DNA of 64,000 nucleotides, taken from positions 3,296,001 through 3,360,000 of the forward strand of contig OY843592.1 of NCBI GenBank assembly GCA_963692865.2, written 5' to 3'. The position numbers and the translations under genes were made by a program. The notes under the pieces were generated by a model. That model worked only from the letters and a program-made list of their open reading frames with translations. It was not told the origin of the DNA and made no database searches. This DNA is from a bacterium. GTDB taxonomy: Bacteria; UBA8248. Position 1 is the first letter of the stretch. Every line of letters begins with the position of its first letter. This document shows, in pieces, positions 58,135-64,000 of this stretch.

Positions 58135-59514
58135 TTAACCCGCCCCCGCCAGAAACTCCTCCGCCACCGCGCACAGGAACCCCTCCCTGAAAGCGGGCGC
58201 AAGCAGGGTCATCCCGATGGGCAGCCCGTTCGCATAAAAACCGTTCGGGACGGCGATGGCGCATAAATCCAGCAAATTCACAAAATTCGTATACATCCCC
58301 AGGTTCGCGTTCAAGGCAACGGGGTCACCATTCACTTCATCTATTGTGTAGGCTGTGGGCGTCGTTGGAACCGACATAATATCAATATCTTCCCAGGCTG
58401 ATCTCGCCTCACGCTTTAATTCCTCCAGGCGATAGAATGCCCGGTAGGCGTCGACCGCCGTGTACCGGGCGGCGCCCGCAATCAACTCCTTCGTCACGGG
58501 ATGAAGGGCTCCGGGTTTCTTTCCGAAAAAATCCTCAATCGCCGCCAGACGCTCCGCCATCCAGGGGCCGCCGTAGAGGAGTTTCGCCGCCTCGAAAAAA
58601 GGCGAGAAATCAACTTCCCGAACAGCCACGCCCATCTGTACAACCCGCTCGATGCCCCTCTCATAGGCGCTTCGCGCCTCACCATCTCCCAGAAAATCCC
58701 TTTGTCCGGGGAGGGGAACGCCCGCCTGAATACCCTCCGGCAAGTCGATCATCTCCAAAGACGCTCCCTCCGGAAGAGAGCGGCTGTAAGGGTCCTCATC
58801 GGGCGCGGCCATCGTCTCGAGGGCGCAGAGCGCATCCGCAACCTCCAGGGCGAAGACCGATACGCAATCGAGCGTCCGGCAGGCGGGAACCACGCCCCGC
58901 GCGCTCACCAGTCCTCGCGAGGGCTTGAGACCCACGATGTTGTTGAACCCCGCGGGAACCCGGCCCGATCCTGCCGTATCCGTGCCGAGCGCGAAACTCA
59001 CCAACCCCGCCGCGACGGCCACGGCAGAACCGGAACTCGAACCGCCCGGAACGTAGTCCGCGTGAAACGGATTTCGGGCCACGCCATACGGACTGCGAAC
59101 GCCGACGAGGCCCAGCGCGAACTGATCCAGATTCGTCTTCCCGACGAAAACGGCCCCCGCGTCGAGCAGAAGCGCCACGCATGGAGCGCTCTCATCCGGC
59201 GTATAGGCGTATTCGGGGCACGCCGCCGTCGTCGGAACACCCGCCACGTCAATGTTGTCCTTCACCGCAAAGGGCACGCCGTAAAGGGGGAGTTCGTCCG
59301 CATCCGCGCTACGGGCCTCCAACTCTTGCGCCCGCGCGAGTAATTTATCCTCGGATTCCAAGTGAATCCACACGCCGTCATCACCGCGCGCGGCGATTCG
59401 CTTGCAAACCTCATGAACCACGTCCGAAGGCGTACGCTCTCCCGAAGAATACGCTGCCTGAAGGCGGGAGAATCTCATCTCCTCCGCGCCCGTCCCTGCG
59501 CCCGGCTTCATCAT
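58135..59514 (-). CDS. atzF: Allophanate hydrolase-like amidase (N-terminal amidase domain only)
   Basis: KDNIDVAG.PTTAACP, GKTNLDQFA, GTDTAGSGRVPA, VVPACRTLDCVS and YTNFVNLLD. ATG overlaps the upstream stop. Confidence 0.8.
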   Translation of the reverse strand: MMKPGAGTGAEEMRFSRLQAAYSSGERTPSDVVHEVCKRIAARGDDGVWIHLESEDKLLARAQELEARSADADELPLYGVPFAVKDNIDVAGVPTTAACPEYAYTPDESAPCVALLLDAGAVFVGKTNLDQFALGLVGVRSPYGVARNPFHADYVPGGSSSGSAVAVAAGLVSFALGTDTAGSGRVPAGFNNIVGLKPSRGLVSARGVVPACRTLDCVSVFALEVADALCALETMAAPDEDPYSRSLPEGASLEMIDLPEGIQAGVPLPGQRDFLGDGEARSAYERGIERVVQMGVAVREVDFSPFFEAAKLLYGGPWMAERLAAIEDFFGKKPGALHPVTKELIAGAARYTAVDAYRAFYRLEELKREARSAWEDIDIMSVPTTPTAYTIDEVNGDPVALNANLGMYTNFVNLLDLCAIAVPNGFYANGLPIGMTLLAPAFREGFLCAVAEEFLAGAG

Positions 59515-61058
59515 CCACAGCTCTGTTGAGATTCGCGCTCCGCCATCTCCCGAAGCGCGGTCTTCAAGACTTTTCCGTAGTTGTTCTTGGGCAGGGCCTC
59601 GATGAAGCGGTACGCGCGGGGACGCTTGAAGCGCGCAATGTGTTCGAGACACAAGCCGTCGAGTTCTTCCTGGCTCACTTGCTCCCCATCCTTGCGCACC
59701 ACGAAGGCCATGACCTCCTCTCCCCAATCCGGGTGCGGACGACCGATGACGGAGACTTCCAGAACGCCCTCGTGGCGGAGCAGCACTTCCTCCACCTCGC
59801 GGGGATAGATGTTGCTGCCGCCGCTGATGATGAGGTCCTTGGAGCGATCCCTGAGGGTGAGGAAACCATCCTCATCCATCACCCCCACGTCGCCCGTGTG
59901 GAGCCAGCCTCCCTTTAGCGCACTCGCCGTGGCCTCGGGGTTGTTCCAGTAGCCTTTCATGACGACGTCGCCGCGCACGAGCACCTCGCCGGTCTCTCCC
60001 GGCGGCAGGGTGTTGTCCTCGGCGTCCACCACGCGCACTTCGACCACGGTGTGCGGCACTCCGACGGAGGCGAGCCGCTCCTCGAAGCGGGGGTGCTGCG
60101 TATCGACGTGCCGCTCTCTGGAGACGACCGTGATGGTCATGGGGCTTTCTCCCTGTCCGTATACCTGAACGAGCTTGTTCCCCAGAGCCTCCATGGCCTT
60201 TTTGAGGTCTTCCAGGTACATCGGACCGCCGCCGTATGCGATGGTCTTGAGATTCGTGGTATCCGCACCCCTGAGCGCCTCGCTCTGAACCAGACGCGTC
60301 ACCATCGTGGGCGCCGCAAACATGGCGAGGCCAGGATATGCCTCGATGAGGCGAAAAATCTCCGGGGGCTCGAACCCCCCGCTCTCGGGGACGATGTTGT
60401 TCGCGCCCTTGTAGACGTGCGGTATGGCGTAGAGGCCCGAGCCGTGCGACAAGGGCGCGGCGTGCAGGATGCAATCGTTTTCGGAGACCGGATCGACGTC
60501 GGCGAAATAGCTCAGGGACATGCTGTGGAGGTTCCGGTGGGTGAGCATGGCACCCTTCGGCCTGCCCGTCGTGCCGCTCGTATAGAAGAGCCAAGCCAGA
60601 TCATCCGGCGCCTGGGGTTCGATGGGGACGGGCTCCCGGGACTGGATCGACCTATATTCGGGAGTATCGGCCTCCATCACGCTTTCCAAGGTCCCGATTT
60701 CATCGACAAGCGGCGATACCGTCCCCATGAGATCGGAAGTGGCGAAACAGCAGCGCGCGCCCGCATTTTCCAGGATGAAGGCCATCTCTTTCGGATGGAG
60801 CTTCGCGTTGATGGGCAAGGCGCAGCACCCCGCATGCCATATGGCGTAGAGGACCTCCAGAAACGCCGGACAGTTCTTCATGGTGATGGCGGCGCGATCC
60901 CCGGGTCTCAGCCCGAGTTCGTCTTTCAGATAGCCCGCCATGGCGCCGGCCCTGCGGGCAAGCGTCTCATACGTGCAATGAACCGCCTCGCCATGAGAAA
61001 TGGCCGGCCGCTCGCCACAGGCGCTGGCCGCCCGGGCCAAAAACTCCGCCATGTTCAT
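59511..61058 (-). CDS. AMP-binding acyl-CoA synthetase
   Basis: YTSGTTGRPKG, YGQGE, HTGD, SGGSNIYPREVE and GKVLK. Confidence 0.92.
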   Translation of the reverse strand: MNMAEFLARAASACGERPAISHGEAVHCTYETLARRAGAMAGYLKDELGLRPGDRAAITMKNCPAFLEVLYAIWHAGCCALPINAKLHPKEMAFILENAGARCCFATSDLMGTVSPLVDEIGTLESVMEADTPEYRSIQSREPVPIEPQAPDDLAWLFYTSGTTGRPKGAMLTHRNLHSMSLSYFADVDPVSENDCILHAAPLSHGSGLYAIPHVYKGANNIVPESGGFEPPEIFRLIEAYPGLAMFAAPTMVTRLVQSEALRGADTTNLKTIAYGGGPMYLEDLKKAMEALGNKLVQVYGQGESPMTITVVSRERHVDTQHPRFEERLASVGVPHTVVEVRVVDAEDNTLPPGETGEVLVRGDVVMKGYWNNPEATASALKGGWLHTGDVGVMDEDGFLTLRDRSKDLIISGGSNIYPREVEEVLLRHEGVLEVSVIGRPHPDWGEEVMAFVVRKDGEQVSQEELDGLCLEHIARFKRPRAYRFIEALPKNNYGKVLKTALREMAERESQQSCG

Positions 61059-61301
61059 TCGAAACCACCCTCCCGCAAGTCACGGCCCACGATCGCGCAA
61101 GCACGCGGTTTCACGGGCGATTCATCGTTGGAAGACCGTCGCTTCATGGCTTGATGATAAGCCATATCCGAATCCATGAATATGCGCTAGTATTAAACCA
61201 TATCTCATCGTTTCATGGAGCGCGGCTCCGGCCGGAAAAACCGCATATGCGAGAGGATCCCAACGAGCGTCCCCTCTTCTCATACCCGTGGAGGCATTTC
61301 C

Positions 61302-62615
61302 ATGCGAAGCGAAAAAGACCTGCTCGATTCGGCCAAGAAATACAGCTTTCGCGGGCGGGTGGACAAGTCGGTTTTCTCGGGCCCCGTCTTCGTGCGCGGC
61401 GAGGGTTCCACCGTCGAGGACGTGAACGGCAAGCAATACCTCGATTTCAATTCGGGCCAGATGTGCTCCGCCCTCGGGCACAACCACCCCACCGTCACGG
61501 ACGCCATCAAGAAAAGCTGCGATGAGCTGATTCACGCGCACAGCAGTTTCTTCAACGATCAGGAAATCATCCTCGCCGAGCGTCTCGGCGCGCTGCTGCC
61601 GCCCCCACTCGAGAAGAGCCTGTTTCTCGGTTCGGGTGCGGACGCCAACGAGGCGGCGGTGACTATCGCCCGCAAATTCACCGGCGGCTTCGAGGTGGCG
61701 AGCCCCCACATCAGCTTCCACGGCCTCTCCGACACGGCGCGCTCGCTCACCTTCGCGGGCTGGCACAGCGGGCACGGGCCGCTCTCGCCGGGGAGCATGG
61801 CCATGGTCGCGCCCTACTGCTACCGCTGCCCGCTCGCCCAGAAATTCCCCGATTGCGAGATCGCCTGCCTGGACACGAGCTTCGAACTCATCGACGCGCA
61901 AACGACGAGCAAGCCCGCCGCCGTCATCACCGAGCCCCTGTTCAGCGCGGGCGGCGTGGTCGAGCCGCCGCCCGGGTGGCTCAAGAAGCTCAAAGAAAAC
62001 TGCGAGGAGCGCGACATGCTCCTCATCGTGGACGACGAACAGACGGGGCTCGGCAAGCTGGGGACGATGTTCGGCTTCGAGAAGGACGAGGTGGCACCCG
62101 ACGTCGTGACGCTGGCGAAACATTTCGGCGGGGGCGTGAGCATCTCTTCGGTCTCGACGAGCGCCGAGGTGGAGGAGAAGATAGCGTCCACAGAGTTCGT
62201 CGTCACCCATTCGCACACCAACGACCCGCTCGCCTGCGCCGCGGGCGTGGCGAGCCTCGACGTCATCGAAGGTGAAGACGTTCCCGCCAAGGCCCGAAAA
62301 ATCGGCGCTCACCTGAGAGAGCGCCTCACCTGGCTGGGCGAACAGTATGAAATGGTGGGCGACATCAGGGGCCGGGGCCTCCTCCAGGGGATTGAACTCG
62401 TGGAGGACAGGCGCTCCAAGACGCCCGCCACCAGACAGGGTAGCGAGATCAACCGCAGGTGCCTGGAGAACGGACTTATCTTCAGCCAGCGGCGCGGGGG
62501 AAGCGTTCTTCGCTTCGTGCCGCCGGCCACGACGACGGAAGGGCAGATGGATCAGGCGATGGACATCCTCACCGACGCGGTGGACAAGGCGAGCGTTCGC
62601 GGCGCCGTCTCGTGA
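61302..62615 (+). CDS. Class-III aminotransferase (dialkylglycine decarboxylase-like)
   Basis: YLDFNSGQM, SFHG, EP, QTG, TLAK (PLP Lys) and RGRGLL. Confidence 0.87.
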   Translation: MRSEKDLLDSAKKYSFRGRVDKSVFSGPVFVRGEGSTVEDVNGKQYLDFNSGQMCSALGHNHPTVTDAIKKSCDELIHAHSSFFNDQEIILAERLGALLPPPLEKSLFLGSGADANEAAVTIARKFTGGFEVASPHISFHGLSDTARSLTFAGWHSGHGPLSPGSMAMVAPYCYRCPLAQKFPDCEIACLDTSFELIDAQTTSKPAAVITEPLFSAGGVVEPPPGWLKKLKENCEERDMLLIVDDEQTGLGKLGTMFGFEKDEVAPDVVTLAKHFGGGVSISSVSTSAEVEEKIASTEFVVTHSHTNDPLACAAGVASLDVIEGEDVPAKARKIGAHLRERLTWLGEQYEMVGDIRGRGLLQGIELVEDRRSKTPATRQGSEINRRCLENGLIFSQRRGGSVLRFVPPATTTEGQMDQAMDILTDAVDKASVRGAVS

Positions 62616-62656
62616 GCATGAGCAATTCCGGCTGCCCTAATTTCGACTAGTATCAA

Positions 62657-63148
62657 ATGCTCCACGTCGCTCTCTACCATCCCGCGATTCCGCAGAACAC
62701 CGGGAACATCGGCCGCTTGTGCGTGGGGATGGATGCGCATCTGCACGTCATCGAACCCGCGAAATTCGATTTTTCGGACAACTCCCTCAAAAGAGCGGGG
62801 CTAGACTACTGGCCGGACGTAAAGCTCACGGTCCACGAGAACGAAGCGCTCTTCCTCGAATGGCTGGGCGGGAGAACGCCCTGGCTCATCACGAAGTTCG
62901 GCGCTTCTCGATTCGATAGAGTCTCATTTCGGGACGAGGACGTGCTGCTCCTGGGAAACGAGAACACCGGTCTCCCTGATTCATGGCACGCGCGCTGGGC
63001 CGAGCGGCGGATCTACGTGCCCATGCCCGGGCCGATCCGCTCCTACAACCTCGCCAACACCGCCGCCATCGTCCTCGCGCAGGCCTACGTGCAACTGAAT
63101 GACGAGGAAGTTACGAACCACGGTGGAGGGCAGGACCCCATCGGCTGA
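62657..63148 (+). CDS. trmL: tRNA (cytidine/uridine-34-2'-O)-methyltransferase, SpoU family
   Basis: PAIPQNTGNIGR, RAGLDYW, GNE and RSYNLAN. Confidence 0.9.
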   Translation: MLHVALYHPAIPQNTGNIGRLCVGMDAHLHVIEPAKFDFSDNSLKRAGLDYWPDVKLTVHENEALFLEWLGGRTPWLITKFGASRFDRVSFRDEDVLLLGNENTGLPDSWHARWAERRIYVPMPGPIRSYNLANTAAIVLAQAYVQLNDEEVTNHGGGQDPIG

Positions 63149-63212
63149 AATCTGAAATTTCTAAGCTGGCGAATGAAAAACCTCTGGCAATTACCCGAGG
63201 ATAGCGAAACCA

Positions 63213-64000
63213 TCACGGCGTCATATCCACCCAGCCGCCCTCTTGCGCGCTTTTCAGGCATGCTTCGGCGAGCCTTACGTCGCGGATGCCTGCGGAGAGA
63301 TCGGCGTAGAAGGGCTCATCGCCCGCCACGTGGCGGATGAAGCGCTCCCAGCCATAGCGGTAGGGGTTCTTGTAGGACTCAGCATCTAGCTCTTCCTCCC
63401 AGTTTTCTTGGTAATCCACCGAAACGTCCATTGTGTCCGCGTCGCGGCCCATCAGGAAACCCCGCACCAAAGGCGTATCGCCCGCCGCCTGCTTCCAGCA
63501 ACGTCTTAACCCCGCCACCGCGGAGCCCCCTGTTCCATCCACCTGGAAGGTCACCAGGTCCTCGCGCCGCACGCGGGTGGACCAGGAGCTCAGAATCGCG
63601 CCGCGCGCGCCGCTTTCGAGTTCCAGTAACGTGTGCGCGTTATCCTCTACGTCGACGCGGAAGCGCTCCCCCGCCTCGTCGGCACGCTCGGTCTGGCCCG
63701 TCCAGGAGAGCGCCGCAACGCGCGCAATCGGCCCCAGAACCCCCTCGACGATGTAGCGCCAGTGCGGGTGCATGTCCGAGATGAGTCCGCCGCCGCCCGC
63801 CTTTCGGTAGTTCCAGCTCGGGCGCTGGCATTCGGCCTCGACCCCGTCGAACACCCACCAGCCGAAATTGATCTGAAAACCGATGATCCGCCCCAGAAAA
63901 CCACTCTCAACGATTCGCCTGAGTTTCAGAAACCCCGGCAGGAAGAGCTTGTCCTCCACCGCGCCGTGCTTGAGACCCTTGGCCCGTGCCGCGCGCAGGA
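63213..64000 (-). CDS. Gfo/Idh/MocA family oxidoreductase; 5' end lies outside the window
   Basis: DKLFLPG, FGWWVF, QRPSWNYR and GGGLISDM. Confidence 0.85.
   Translation of the reverse strand, partial: LRAARAKGLKHGAVEDKLFLPGFLKLRRIVESGFLGRIIGFQINFGWWVFDGVEAECQRPSWNYRKAGGGGLISDMHPHWRYIVEGVLGPIARVAALSWTGQTERADEAGERFRVDVEDNAHTLLELESGARGAILSSWSTRVRREDLVTFQVDGTGGSAVAGLRRCWKQAAGDTPLVRGFLMGRDADTMDVSVDYQENWEEELDAESYKNPYRYGWERFIRHVAGDEPFYADLSAGIRDVRLAEACLKSAQEGGWVDMTP

Overview
High-GC bacterial chromosomal window of about 60 genes, mostly for catabolic or accessory metabolism: ABC ATPases, CoA ligases and dehydrogenases, amidases, hydrolases, luciferase-like and F420-type oxidoreductases, cupins and a cytoplasmic molybdo-enzyme. 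There is no rRNA, tRNA, CRISPR array or intact transposase. Four things stand out. (1) A Rieske / cytochrome b / membrane-anchored octaheme HAO-family operon (14.2-17.1 kb) in which the octaheme replaces cytochrome c1. (2) A selenoprotein that the ORF track splits in two: an AhpD-like gene with an in-frame TGA forming CxxU, followed by a SECIS-like hairpin (32471-33070), inside an LLM/F420-type cluster. (3) Non-coding mosaic islands built from about six palindromic repeat families, often packed or nested between the same 15-bp inverted ends (GGGG[T/C]TGTTGAAAAA); between about 17.5 and 31 kb they delimit single genes like cassettes. (4) Several enzymes with visibly altered active-site motifs, including a three-domain single-chain Rid protein coupled to the Mo enzyme, an aconitase-like pair and an HxG 2OG-Fe pseudogene. 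All functional calls come from motif recognition by eye; no database searches were run.
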